Shown here: positions 1 through 9,673 of the stretch, piece after piece
Position numbering within the stretch: position 1 is the stretch's first letter
Layout: the number at the start of each line of letters is the position of its first letter
NCBI GenBank assembly: GCA_900313235.1
Contig: OMQN01000001.1
Span: forward strand, 9,145 to 73,144
Length of the DNA stretch: 64,000 nucleotides
Origin: an uncultured Prevotellaceae bacterium
Lineage (GTDB): Bacteria; Bacteroidota; Bacteroidia; Bacteroidales; Bacteroidaceae
Direction: 5' to 3'
Notes under the pieces: model-generated
Seen by the model: only the letters and a program-made list of their open reading frames with translations
Told to the model about the DNA's origin: nothing
The model's database searches: none
Made by a program: the position numbers and the translations under genes

Positions 1-365
1 AGGTTGATGTCCTGTTGTATCTTGGCACGCTTTGCATCGTCGGTGGTGGCAGCCAGCAGGTCATAGCAAGCCGCAATAGAGTCGAGCCATGGCTTTTCCT
101 TGGCATAGTCTACCGTACCTATCTCCTGTGTACCCTTGAACATGATATGCTCGAAGTAGTGGGCGATACCTGTATTGGGGCAGTCCTTGGCACCAGCATT
201 CACCACCACAGCACCAAACACCTTCGGCTGGGAGTGGTCTTCGTTGAGCCATACGGTCATACCATTGCTCAGGGTCAACTCGCGTACTTTCAACATACCA
301 ACATTCTGGGCATTGATACCAATCACCATCAGCAACAATGCCAATACAAAACAAGCTCTTCTCAT
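1..365 (-). CDS. M16 family zinc metallopeptidase (insulinase/PqqL-like), N-terminal part; runs off the window edge
   Basis: Absent from the ORF track because there is no stop in the window. Manual translation from ATG at 365 gives MRRACFVLALLLMVIGINAQ (signal peptide), LTLSNGMTVWLNEDHSQPKV and TGIAHYFEHIMFKGT, with the inverted zinc motif HxxEH. Confidence 0.88.
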   Translation of the reverse strand, partial: MRRACFVLALLLMVIGINAQNVGMLKVRELTLSNGMTVWLNEDHSQPKVFGAVVVNAGAKDCPNTGIAHYFEHIMFKGTQEIGTVDYAKEKPWLDSIAACYDLLAATTDDAKRAKIQQDIN

Positions 366-384
366 ACAATAATCAATATAAATT

Positions 385-762
385 TCAATACAAATAGAAC
401 ATCCGTTCCATCATCTGCCACTTCTCGTCAGAGGTAGCGTCCTTTGCACAGTTCTGGAACATCGCCATATACTCCTCCCACTCCTGCTGTCGAGGCAGCT
501 TGGCAAGGCGTGCCATCGCCGTGTCCCAGTCGAAGTCGAGCGGAGTCTCTACTATCATAAACAGCCGTGTGCCAAGGATGTATATCTCCATCTCGAGTAT
601 TCCCACCGACCGTATGCCGTCAATGATTTCCTGCCATGCTTCGCCCTCACTGTGGCGTCGCCTATATTCTGCTATCAGCTCGGGGTTGTCGCGCAGGTCC
701 ATCGTCTGGCAGTAGCGCTTCACGGGCTGTGAGAATGGTCTTACCTTATATCCCTCGGTCAT
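385..762 (-). CDS. L-rhamnose mutarotase family protein
   Basis: LRDNPELIAEYRRRH...W.EI..GIRSVGILEMEIY...QQEWEEYM pattern; start placed at ATG 762, an ATGA overlap with the upstream stop. Confidence 0.8.
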   Translation of the reverse strand: MTEGYKVRPFSQPVKRYCQTMDLRDNPELIAEYRRRHSEGEAWQEIIDGIRSVGILEMEIYILGTRLFMIVETPLDFDWDTAMARLAKLPRQQEWEEYMAMFQNCAKDATSDEKWQMMERMFYLY

Positions 763-1784
763 TCCTTCACCTCCCAAACGTCATTGGTCTCAAGGAGTTC
801 CTCAAAGGTGTGGTATGGCTTCTTCGCCTTCAGTTCCTCTATCTGCTCGCTGACAGACTCGTCGTATGTAGGAGCCTCTACGTCGCGGATCACTCCCAGT
901 GCGATAGGGAAACCTGCCTCATTGTCCATCATGGCAAGCTTCAGCTGCAGTGTGTTGTCCTGACAATGGGCATCGTGTACGAGGATGTCGTCTATGGTGA
1001 CACCATTCTCACCAATCTTCACAACCTTCAGACCAAATCCCTCCTGCATAATACCATATTCGTTATTCTCACCGAACAGCAGAGGCTCACCATGGCGCAC
1101 GTAGATGGCGTTTTTCCTTCTGCCCTCTTTAGTATATATAGGGTCGTAGGCACCGTTGTTAAAGATGACACAGTGCTGCAGGATTTCGCACACTGCCGCA
1201 CCCTTATGATGATAAGCCGCCTTGAGTATCTCCACAGTCTCGTTGCCGTCGTTGGCTACAGAGCGAGCAAAGAAGTTGCCACGTGCACCGAAGCACAGCT
1301 CTGCCGGACGGAACGGATCCTCCACCGTACCATAAGGACTCGACTTGCTGACGAAGCCACGAGGCGACGTAGGGCTATACTGTCCCTTGGTGAGTCCGTA
1401 GATGCGGTTGTTCAGGAGTATCATGTTCAGGTCGATATTCCTGCGCATGGCATGTATGAAATGGTTACCACCGATAGCCAGTCCGTCACCGTCGCCACTC
1501 ACCTGCCATACTGCAAGTTTAGGGTTTGCCACCTTCGTACCGGTAGCTATCGCCGCAGCCCTGCCGTGTATTGTCTGCATGGCGTATGTGTTCATGTAGT
1601 ATGGCAGTCTGCTGCTACATCCTATGCCCGAGATCACTGCTGTCTCGTATGGAGGCACACCAATCTCAGCCATCGCCTTGTGCAGGGATGCCAAGAAGAA
1701 ATGGTCGCCACAACCAGGACACCACCGTGGCTGTCCTTTCTTGAAGTCGGATGCTGAAAAAGTCGTATTCATGGTCTTAATCAT
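759..1784 (-). CDS. korB: 2-oxoacid:ferredoxin oxidoreductase subunit beta
   Basis: WCPGCGD, SGIGCSSR, HGRA and TPP-binding GDGDG...NN motifs. Confidence 0.93.
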   Translation of the reverse strand: MIKTMNTTFSASDFKKGQPRWCPGCGDHFFLASLHKAMAEIGVPPYETAVISGIGCSSRLPYYMNTYAMQTIHGRAAAIATGTKVANPKLAVWQVSGDGDGLAIGGNHFIHAMRRNIDLNMILLNNRIYGLTKGQYSPTSPRGFVSKSSPYGTVEDPFRPAELCFGARGNFFARSVANDGNETVEILKAAYHHKGAAVCEILQHCVIFNNGAYDPIYTKEGRRKNAIYVRHGEPLLFGENNEYGIMQEGFGLKVVKIGENGVTIDDILVHDAHCQDNTLQLKLAMMDNEAGFPIALGVIRDVEAPTYDESVSEQIEELKAKKPYHTFEELLETNDVWEVKE

Positions 1785-3615
1785 TTTCTAATAGTTTGAG
1801 GAATGTGGAGGTGAGCTCTCCCGTCTGGAACGGTTGGCCTTTCACCTGATTGAACTTATATGGTTTGAATCCGTCGACACGTATGCGCAGGTAGGCAGCC
1901 AGCTGACCGAGGTTCTGCTCTGCCACCACCACCTTCTTGTACCTCAGCAGCACATCCTTGGTGTTGCGGGGCAGAGGGTTGATGTACTGGAACTGTGCCA
2001 GCGCCACCTTGTGACCCTGCTTTCGCAGCTCCTCCATGGCTGAATATAGATGGCCGTAGGTACTGCCAAAGCCAACGATGAGCAGGTCGGCATCGTCCTT
2101 GTCGCCCTCTACTTCCAGATCAGGTACGGGTATCTTCTGCACCTTTGAGTAGCGCAGGCGGTCCATCTTGTCGTGGTTCTCCGGTTCGGTGGAAATGGCT
2201 CCCGTCTCACCGTCCTTCTCCAGTCCGCCGAGGATATGTGTGAATCCCTCCTGACCAGGCACTGCCCAGTAGCGTACGTCGTCATCGTCGCGCTTGTAGG
2301 GGGTATACTTGTATTTCTGTTCTGCCGGTGCATAGTGCGGATGGATGTCTGGCAGCTCGTCCATCTTTGGCAGTCGCCATGCTGCCGAACCATTGGCTAT
2401 GAAGGCATCGGTGAGCAGTATCACGGGTGTCATGTGCTCCAAGGCTATCTTGCAAGCCATATATGCCGCGTCGAAGCAGTTGGTAGGACTCGTGGCTGCA
2501 ATCACTGGCATCGGGCTCTCGCCGTTTCTGCCATAGAGAGCCTGCAGCAAGTCGGTCTGCTCGCTCTTCGTAGGCAGTCCTGTCGACGGACCACCGCGCT
2601 GTACGTCGATGACTACCAGTGGCAACTCGTCGATGACGGCAAGGTTGATGGCCTCCGACTTCAGACAGAGTCCTGGTCCTGATGTCGATGTCACTCCCAA
2701 TGCACCTGCGAAGGCAGCTCCCACGGCACTGGCACAACCCGAGATCTCATCCTCACACTGTACGGTGATCACCCCGCACGACTTATGTTTAGCCAACTCA
2801 TGGAGTATGTCTGTAGCTGGTGTTATGGGGTAAGAGCCCAGATACAGCTTCAGTCCAGCCTTCTCTGCGGCTGCGATTAGTCCATAGGCTGTGGCTTTGT
2901 TGCCAGTAATGTCCATGTATCTGCCTGCCACCTTCTCCTTGGTCTCTATGCGATATGTGGCTGGTGTGCTCGAGTGTGTGTTCTCACCATAGTTGTATCC
3001 TGCGTTCACCACCTTGATATTAGCCTCTGCCAGTTGTGGCTTCCTGGCGAATTTCTCACGTAGGAAGTTCTCTACCAGCGAGAGATCACGGTTGAAGAGC
3101 CAGCACACCAGTCCCAGTGCGAACATGTTCCTGCACTTCAGTATGGACTTGTTGTCCATGCCACTGTCTGCCAGGCAGTCCTTCACCATCTTTGTTATCG
3201 GGCAAGCCACCACCCTGTCGGGGTCGATGCCCATCTCCAGGAGATAGTCGTCGGAGTCAAACTGCGCCTTCTTCAGGTCGTTGGGACCGAAGGAGTCGGT
3301 GTCGATGATGATGGTAGCCTGTGGCTTGGCATATCGATACTGTGTCTTCAGCGCTGCCGCATTCATAGCCACGAGCACGTCACACCGGTCGCCAGGCGTA
3401 TATACCTTGCCTGCTCCTATGTGCACCTGAAATCCGCTCACTCCTGTCAGCGAGCCTTGCGGGGCACGTATGTCAGCCGGATAGTCGGGAAATGTCGAAA
3501 TACCGTTGCCCACTGTGGCTGAGACGGTAGAGAAAATGTTGCCAGCAAGCTGCATGCCGTCGCCGGAGTCGCCGGAGAAGCGCACCACTACTTGCTCTAA
3601 TTCTTTTACTTCCAT
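1777..3615 (-). CDS. korA: 2-oxoacid:acceptor oxidoreductase subunit alpha (fused gamma-alpha)
   Basis: GDSGDGMQLAG, YPITPAT, TSGPG and QRGGPSTGLPT motifs; adjacent to the beta subunit. Confidence 0.93.
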   Translation of the reverse strand: MEVKELEQVVVRFSGDSGDGMQLAGNIFSTVSATVGNGISTFPDYPADIRAPQGSLTGVSGFQVHIGAGKVYTPGDRCDVLVAMNAAALKTQYRYAKPQATIIIDTDSFGPNDLKKAQFDSDDYLLEMGIDPDRVVACPITKMVKDCLADSGMDNKSILKCRNMFALGLVCWLFNRDLSLVENFLREKFARKPQLAEANIKVVNAGYNYGENTHSSTPATYRIETKEKVAGRYMDITGNKATAYGLIAAAEKAGLKLYLGSYPITPATDILHELAKHKSCGVITVQCEDEISGCASAVGAAFAGALGVTSTSGPGLCLKSEAINLAVIDELPLVVIDVQRGGPSTGLPTKSEQTDLLQALYGRNGESPMPVIAATSPTNCFDAAYMACKIALEHMTPVILLTDAFIANGSAAWRLPKMDELPDIHPHYAPAEQKYKYTPYKRDDDDVRYWAVPGQEGFTHILGGLEKDGETGAISTEPENHDKMDRLRYSKVQKIPVPDLEVEGDKDDADLLIVGFGSTYGHLYSAMEELRKQGHKVALAQFQYINPLPRNTKDVLLRYKKVVVAEQNLGQLAAYLRIRVDGFKPYKFNQVKGQPFQTGELTSTFLKLLEND

Positions 3616-3649
3616 TGTTTTAGTATTATTATGTTCTAACTTTTAACCT

Positions 3650-5398
3650 CTAATAATCAAACAGGCTACCTCCGAAGAACTCCCTCAGCAGACTGTTATG
3701 GGGCATATACTGGTAGTCTATCGGTGTGAAGTAGCGCAGAAACTTCCTCAGCCTGTATGCCTCCGAGTATTCGGGACAGTTCTCAGGCACCTGCTCCAAC
3801 AGCGGTTCAGCCTGCTGACGTATCACTGCCAGCTCGTAGATCATAGCCGTGTTGAATACCGCGTCGGCATTCTCCTGATATGGGAATATCCATTTGTTCT
3901 CGCCCCTCTTCACGCTGGGCCATCGGTGTATTGTGTCCAGTGCCGAACAGCCACGGTACTTGTAGTCGCGTATGATGCGGCGTAGCAGGCGGTTGTCGGT
4001 GGTTGAGATATAGTTATGATAGTCGAGGAGGATTGTCGTCAGCGCCGAGGCATAGAGCTTGTACTTCATCTGGGCGGGTATCTGGGCAGTAAGCTCTGGG
4101 TTCAGGGCGTGTATGCCTTCCACCACGAGCACGTCGCCAGGGTTCAGACGCAGCCGCTTGCCACTCATCACCGACCGTCCTGTAGGGAAGTCATAGCGTG
4201 GCATCTCCACCTCCTCACCCCTGAAGAGTTTCTCTAAGTGTTCGTTCAGTAGAGGCAGGTTGAGTGAGTACAGACTCTCATAGTCATACTCTCCCTTCTC
4301 GTCCCTGGGAGTCTTCTCCCTGTCTACAAAGTAGTCGTCCAAGGATATGGGTATCGGTCTCAGACCGTTGATCACCATCTGAATGGATAGGCGCTTGCTG
4401 GTGGTGGTCTTTCCGCTTGACGACGGACCTGCGATCAGTACCAACCTAACGTCCTTCTTGCTGGCTATCTCGTTGGCTATCTCTGCCAGTCGCTTCTCCT
4501 GCAGGGCCTCGGAGATGTTCATCACGTCTACGGCATGACCTTCCTTGACTGCCGTGTTGAAGTCGCCCACAGTGTTGATGCCGAGGATATACTGCCAGCG
4601 ATGATGCTCCTTAAAGATGCCGAACAACTTGTCCTGATGGACCATCTCGCCCAGTACCTGCGGATTCTGCTTGGAGGGGATGCGCAGGAGGGCTCCCTCG
4701 TAATATGGATCCAGGCCGAACATGCTGAGCTGACTGGTGTCGGTGAGCAGCGCACCGTAATAGTAGTCTACGTAGTCGTCTATCTGGTAGTATGTGGTAT
4801 ATAGCGAACCTACACTCTCGAGCAGTTTCACCTTTGCCATGTCACCCTTCTCACGAAACATAGCGATAGCTTCCTCCGTTGGCACCTCATGACGACGTAT
4901 AGGCATCTTGGCGTCGATGATCTCCTGCATCCTCTGGCGTATCCTCACCACTCCTTCTGCCGATACCGGCACCGAGCTCCTGTATTCGTTTTCCGAAAAC
5001 CGCCCCTTAGCCTTCACGCTCTCACCCACATTGTCCTTGAATATCCTGATATCACAGTAGTATCCGTTGCTCACGGGGATGTCTATTATGGCGATGCTCT
5101 CAGGAAAGATGTCATGAACAGCCTTGCACAACACGAAGAACAGCGTGCGGGAGTACACTCTCCTGCCCGACGGGTCGGTGATGTCGATAAACTCCACCTG
5201 TTTGTTCTTATACAGTCGGTAGTGCATGCCCTCAGTCTTGTTGTTCACCTTGGCAGCCACTGGTGGCAGATGATATTTCCTGTCCGCACTCTCAAGCGGA
5301 CGGTCCATCGCCTCGTAAGCCTCCCACAGTTTACTACCCATGAGCACCTGGTGCTTCTTACCGTCGTTCTTACACCTTATAGTTACAGTATTCGCCAT
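3650..5398 (-). CDS. nucleoside (uridine) kinase with ThrRS-like N-terminal region
   Basis: P-loop IAGPSSSGKTT, SLDDYF, VVEGIHALN and RLLRRIIRD; N-terminal TGS/editing-like segment. Confidence 0.85.
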   Translation of the reverse strand: MANTVTIRCKNDGKKHQVLMGSKLWEAYEAMDRPLESADRKYHLPPVAAKVNNKTEGMHYRLYKNKQVEFIDITDPSGRRVYSRTLFFVLCKAVHDIFPESIAIIDIPVSNGYYCDIRIFKDNVGESVKAKGRFSENEYRSSVPVSAEGVVRIRQRMQEIIDAKMPIRRHEVPTEEAIAMFREKGDMAKVKLLESVGSLYTTYYQIDDYVDYYYGALLTDTSQLSMFGLDPYYEGALLRIPSKQNPQVLGEMVHQDKLFGIFKEHHRWQYILGINTVGDFNTAVKEGHAVDVMNISEALQEKRLAEIANEIASKKDVRLVLIAGPSSSGKTTTSKRLSIQMVINGLRPIPISLDDYFVDREKTPRDEKGEYDYESLYSLNLPLLNEHLEKLFRGEEVEMPRYDFPTGRSVMSGKRLRLNPGDVLVVEGIHALNPELTAQIPAQMKYKLYASALTTILLDYHNYISTTDNRLLRRIIRDYKYRGCSALDTIHRWPSVKRGENKWIFPYQENADAVFNTAMIYELAVIRQQAEPLLEQVPENCPEYSEAYRLRKFLRYFTPIDYQYMPHNSLLREFFGGSLFDY

Positions 5399-5590
5399 GT
5401 CTTGTTCTCCTTTGTGAAAAAGCCGCTACAAAAATACGAAATATATTTGAACCAACCATACAATAAGTCTAATTTTACTCCATTTGCGAAAACTACATTG
5501 TTCCATGTTGACCTTCGGTCGACCTCTGTCACATCTCGGTATAGCTCATGCAAGGATGGCTCTGCTCTCGCTGCTCCATCGGCTCACCGT

Positions 5591-6607
5591 TCAACGTTCT
5601 TCATGAAGTATCTCCCTTGCCTGCTCTATGATGGCAGTGAGCTCGTCTACGGTCTCCGCCCTGAGCATGGCGATGCGCGTCTGGCGGAAGTCGGGTATGC
5701 CCTTGAAGATAGGTGTCGAGGCGAGGTGGCGGCGGGTATGAATGATGCCACGCCGTTCGTCGATGCGCTCCACGTTGATACGGAGGAGCTCGAGCAGCAG
5801 GTCTATCTTCTGGTCAGTGGTGAGAGGTGAAAGGCTACGGGTAGGCGACCCTTGTAGCTCTGGAATGGGCTGAGGTCTGTGAGGTGCTATCTCCTGGAAT
5901 ATCCATGGTGCGCCAAACGTGGCGCGCCCCACCATGACGGCGTCCACCCCGTACTCGCCGAACGCCCTGTCCACGTCTTCACGCGTCCTGATGTCGCCAT
6001 TGCCTATGATGGGTATGTGTATGCGCGGGTTGCGCCGTACTTCGCCTATAAGCGTCCAGTCTGCATCGCCGGTATACATCTGTGAGCGTGTCCTGCCGTG
6101 TATGGTCAGTGCCTGTATGCCGCAGTCCTGCAGCTGTTCTGCCAGCTGGGTGATAATGAGGTTGTTCTGGTCCCATCCCAGTCGGGTCTTCACTGTGACG
6201 GGTGTACTGACCGCCCTGACCACCTGGCGTGTGATGTCAAGCATCAGCGGTATGTTGCGCAGCATACCGGCACCGGCACCCTTACCTGCCACTTTCTTCA
6301 CGGGACATCCGAAGTTGAGGTCGATGACGTCTGGCCGCGCCTGCTCCACTATGCGTGCCGCCTCCACCATCGCCTCGGTGTCACGCCCGTATATCTGTAT
6401 ACCAACTGGTCGCTCCTCGTCGCTGATGGTCAGCTTGTCGATGGTGGACTTGACATCCCTCACCAGTGCCTCAGCCGATACGAACTCTGTATACACCATT
6501 GCCGCACCAAAGCGCTTACAGAGGTGGCGGAAGCCTATGTCGGTGACGTCCTCCATGGGTGCGAGGAATAGTGGGCGTTCGCCAAAGTCTATTGTTCCTA
6601 TTTTCAT
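5591..6607 (-). CDS. dusB: tRNA dihydrouridine synthase DusB
   Basis: LAPMEDVTD, DLNFGCPVKKV, TVKTRLGW, TIHGRT and GNGDI motifs. Confidence 0.92.
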   Translation of the reverse strand: MKIGTIDFGERPLFLAPMEDVTDIGFRHLCKRFGAAMVYTEFVSAEALVRDVKSTIDKLTISDEERPVGIQIYGRDTEAMVEAARIVEQARPDVIDLNFGCPVKKVAGKGAGAGMLRNIPLMLDITRQVVRAVSTPVTVKTRLGWDQNNLIITQLAEQLQDCGIQALTIHGRTRSQMYTGDADWTLIGEVRRNPRIHIPIIGNGDIRTREDVDRAFGEYGVDAVMVGRATFGAPWIFQEIAPHRPQPIPELQGSPTRSLSPLTTDQKIDLLLELLRINVERIDERRGIIHTRRHLASTPIFKGIPDFRQTRIAMLRAETVDELTAIIEQAREILHEER

Positions 6608-6646
6608 AGTTGCGAATTATCGTTAGGGTCTTTAAGGTCCTTAAGG

Positions 6647-7771
6647 TCATATCAACAAATGGTACATCCCTCCTGCGAGGGGACGGATGACGCCCTTCAT
6701 CTCCAAGGTGAAGAGGAGGGCAGAGAGCTGGGCTACGGGAAGCGAGGTCTGCGTGGAAAGCTGGCTGAGCGACAGGTCGTTGATGTGGCTGAGGGCATCG
6801 ACTATGAGTTGTTCGTCACTCGTAAGGTCGGGGAAGAGCTGCCGCTCTATACCCTGCTGACGTACCTGAGCAAGCTGACGATCACTCTCCCACCCCATGG
6901 CGCGGACCATGTCGGCAGCCGATGTGATGAGCATTGCCCCGTTGTCGCGTATCAGATTATTACATCCCTCAGAATACTGGGCCCCTACCGGACCAGGAAA
7001 GGCGAAGACGTCACGATGGTAGGACTGGGCTATCCGTGCCGTGATGAGTCCGCCACCCCTGTGAGCACTCTCCACCAGTATGCATGCGTCTGACAAGCCT
7101 GCAACGATACGGTTGCGCTGGATGAAGTTGCGCTTGTCGGCATTGGTCTGGGACATATACTCAGTAAGCAGTCCGCCCTGGTCCACCATCTGTCGGGCTG
7201 TTTCACGATGCTGGTGGGGATAGAGGTCGTCGAGTCCGTGGGCGAGTACGCCTACCGTATCGATTCCACAGGCGAGGGCCTCCCGATGGGCACAGATGTC
7301 GACACCGTAAGCCAGTCCGCTGACGATGAGCACGTCGGGACACATCTCCCGCAACTCATGACAGAAGCGTCGGATGAGGTCCTTGCCGTAAGTGGTGGCA
7401 TGGCGCGTACCGACGATGTTGATGACACGTCGACGGTTGAGGTCGGCATTACCCAGATAGTACAGCATCAGCGGAGCGTCGTCACACTCTCGTAGTCGCT
7501 GAGGGTAGTCGTCATCGCCGAAACACAACGGACGGATATGGTGGCGACGGATGAACTCAAGTTCGGCTTCCGCCCGTTTCATTGGCTCATCGAGTCCCTG
7601 CAACGCCTCCACCAGTCGCGGATGGGCATGAGGCAGGATGTCGCGTAAATGATGACGATGGTCTATCACAGCCGTAGCTGACCCCATCTGGTGATAGAGC
7701 TCGGCAATACCCGCTATGCCGAAGTAGTTGATGCGTGAGAGCACTATCGTGTAGAGTATCTCGTTGTCCAT
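6647..7771 (-). CDS. dprA: DNA-processing protein DprA
   Basis: IVGTR, VSGLAYGVD, RNRIVAGLS, GCNNLI and a C-terminal winged helix; ATG 7771 preferred over the longer track start. Confidence 0.92.
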   Translation of the reverse strand: MDNEILYTIVLSRINYFGIAGIAELYHQMGSATAVIDHRHHLRDILPHAHPRLVEALQGLDEPMKRAEAELEFIRRHHIRPLCFGDDDYPQRLRECDDAPLMLYYLGNADLNRRRVINIVGTRHATTYGKDLIRRFCHELREMCPDVLIVSGLAYGVDICAHREALACGIDTVGVLAHGLDDLYPHQHRETARQMVDQGGLLTEYMSQTNADKRNFIQRNRIVAGLSDACILVESAHRGGGLITARIAQSYHRDVFAFPGPVGAQYSEGCNNLIRDNGAMLITSAADMVRAMGWESDRQLAQVRQQGIERQLFPDLTSDEQLIVDALSHINDLSLSQLSTQTSLPVAQLSALLFTLEMKGVIRPLAGGMYHLLI

Positions 7772-7778
7772 AGTTAAA

Positions 7779-8195
7779 TCAACGTTCAACGTTCTCAATA
7801 TACGGTGCAAACGCCTCGTCATACTCGGGGCTGTTGCTCAGCCGTCCGTTGACGAGACACACCAGTTCGACACTGGCACGTAGACACAACTGCTCGTCAG
7901 AGGCACGGAAGATGCTCTGGTCGAAGATGTAGCGTATGCCTTCCTTGCGCAGGTTGAGCCGTGAGACGAACTCGTCGTCACAACGCAGCGGAGTCTTGTA
8001 CTGCAGGTTCATACGTGCCACTACAGCGTCGATACCTTGCTCGTGGAGTTTAGCAAAGCTCACCCCAATACTTTTCAGGAACAGGTGGCGCGTATGTTCA
8101 AGATAGTGCAGGTAGTTGGCATTGTTGACAATACCCTCGATGTCGCACTCATAGTCGCGCACCTCAATACGTGTTTCGAAGATGTATTTTTTCAT
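7779..8195 (-). CDS. acyl-CoA thioesterase (4HBT/YbgC hot-dog fold)
   Basis: VRDYECDIEGIVNNANYLHYLEHTR motif. Confidence 0.88.
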   Translation of the reverse strand: MKKYIFETRIEVRDYECDIEGIVNNANYLHYLEHTRHLFLKSIGVSFAKLHEQGIDAVVARMNLQYKTPLRCDDEFVSRLNLRKEGIRYIFDQSIFRASDEQLCLRASVELVCLVNGRLSNSPEYDEAFAPYIENVER

Positions 8196-8224
8196 TTTAC
8201 AATATGTCTACTTTGACCATCGGT

Positions 8225-9547
8225 TCAACGTTTCATATATTCATACCCAATACGGCATCTGAGGCACTCCTTGCGGTCGCAGTATGCCGTCTTTAACTGG
8301 ATGAGAGCCTGACTGTCGCCGGCAGAGTTGACGGGCAGTCCACACTGCTGCCACATCCTAACGATTGTGTTGTCCTCAGCCTTGAGCTGTTCCAGAAAGT
8401 CGAAGGCACGGTCGCAGAGTCGTTCATCGCTCTTGTGCCTGCCGTAGGCAAAGAGTACCGGTACGACGGTGTTGATCATGATGATATTGAGCGAAGCTGC
8501 GGTGAGTTCCTTACTGCCTTGCGTGCTCGACGTGCCAAACGCATAGTGGGTTTCCCAGTAGGGTGTCACTTGTATGCGCAGGAGCTGCTGTACCTCCTTG
8601 ATGGTGGCACAGCTGATGACGTCAGAGAGTCGGGTGCGTCGCTGATAGTACAGATTGACAAGCTGGGAGATGCGTATGTAAGGGAAGTTGTGGGGGCGCA
8701 GACGAAGGAACCGCCACTGGCGGTAGTCGATGGCACGATAGTCGCGTCCGTCGTCCGAAGGCTCCGACAATCTGAACTTATGGCACAGATACTGGTATTC
8801 TGACTTCAGACGGAGGAAATAGTCGTCGGAGAGTGCCGCCTGGCGATGGTGGTCGGGCATGGACGAGGCATCGAGCAGACCCGCCTGACCCATGAAGAGC
8901 GCCTCTATCTGGAAGAGATCGTCACGATGATGGGCTGCTGCCGACAGTGGAAGATGGCGTGCCCACTGCTCGAAGGCATCACTGTTGATACCAAACCCGA
9001 AACTGCGTGCCAGGGTGATGAAATAGGCTGACTCCCAGTCGCCATTACAATCATTGGCACGTCGTTTGATGTCGATGGTCTTACGCTCTAGTCGCTCGGT
9101 CTCAAGGGCACTCATCCATGAGTGTATGGTGAGACGTGTCAGATCTGGTATGATACGATGGCATGGCGGATACTTGTCAGCGGCAAGCAGTTCCTCGTAG
9201 TTGGCACGCACGCTGTCGGGCACAGGCAGGCACAGCTGAGGGAGGAATCTACCGTCGAGGGTCTGTACATCGCGGTCAATCTCACCGACCACATGGAGCA
9301 CCACATTATTATACTGGGCGTCATGTTCGTGACCATGCAGGTACCAGTCTGACGACCGGTCGTGTATCTCGACATTGCCTATCCACTCTGTGCCGTTGAT
9401 GACAACCTTAGCATTGAAGAAGTCGGGACCTGCATTGTGATTGTGCAGACCTGGGTCGACCACCTCTACACGGTGGCCGTCGCTGTCGGTCATCTCGCTG
9501 AGTGGAAATAACTTATGCTTCCATACGTAGTGTAGCAGTTGCTCCAT
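8225..9547 (-). CDS. DUF2851 family protein
   Basis: MEQLLHYVWKHK, AGPDFFNAK, GNVEIH, LRLRP.NFP and C-terminal CLRCRIG, typical of this Bacteroidota family. Confidence 0.8.
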   Translation of the reverse strand: MEQLLHYVWKHKLFPLSEMTDSDGHRVEVVDPGLHNHNAGPDFFNAKVVINGTEWIGNVEIHDRSSDWYLHGHEHDAQYNNVVLHVVGEIDRDVQTLDGRFLPQLCLPVPDSVRANYEELLAADKYPPCHRIIPDLTRLTIHSWMSALETERLERKTIDIKRRANDCNGDWESAYFITLARSFGFGINSDAFEQWARHLPLSAAAHHRDDLFQIEALFMGQAGLLDASSMPDHHRQAALSDDYFLRLKSEYQYLCHKFRLSEPSDDGRDYRAIDYRQWRFLRLRPHNFPYIRISQLVNLYYQRRTRLSDVISCATIKEVQQLLRIQVTPYWETHYAFGTSSTQGSKELTAASLNIIMINTVVPVLFAYGRHKSDERLCDRAFDFLEQLKAEDNTIVRMWQQCGLPVNSAGDSQALIQLKTAYCDRKECLRCRIGYEYMKR

Positions 9548-9614
9548 ATAGCTGTCTTCATGCTTTTGTCTTGCAAAATTATACATTTTGTTTGGTAGAA
9601 CCAAGAGAAATTCA

Positions 9615-9622
9615 TATATTTG
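9615..9622 (+). promoter_or_regulatory. Bacteroidota sigma70 -7 element (TATATTTG) upstream of the C10 peptidase
   Basis: TAnnTTTG about 50 nt before the ATG, with TTTG about 20 nt further upstream. Confidence 0.6.
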
Positions 9623-9673
9623 TGGCGAAAAGTGTGAGTTTCTATATGTTTTACATCTAATACCGAGAACAGT

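Noticed and set aside
61-369. 102-aa minus-strand ORF in the track
   Set aside because: Wrong frame; the overlapping frame from ATG 365 encodes a clear M16 peptidase
636-1757. 373-aa plus-strand ORF (similarly 4889-5830, 5919-6626, 21780-22682, 38589-39383, 57518-58432)
   Set aside because: Antisense shadows of well-supported genes, with no recognisable motifs
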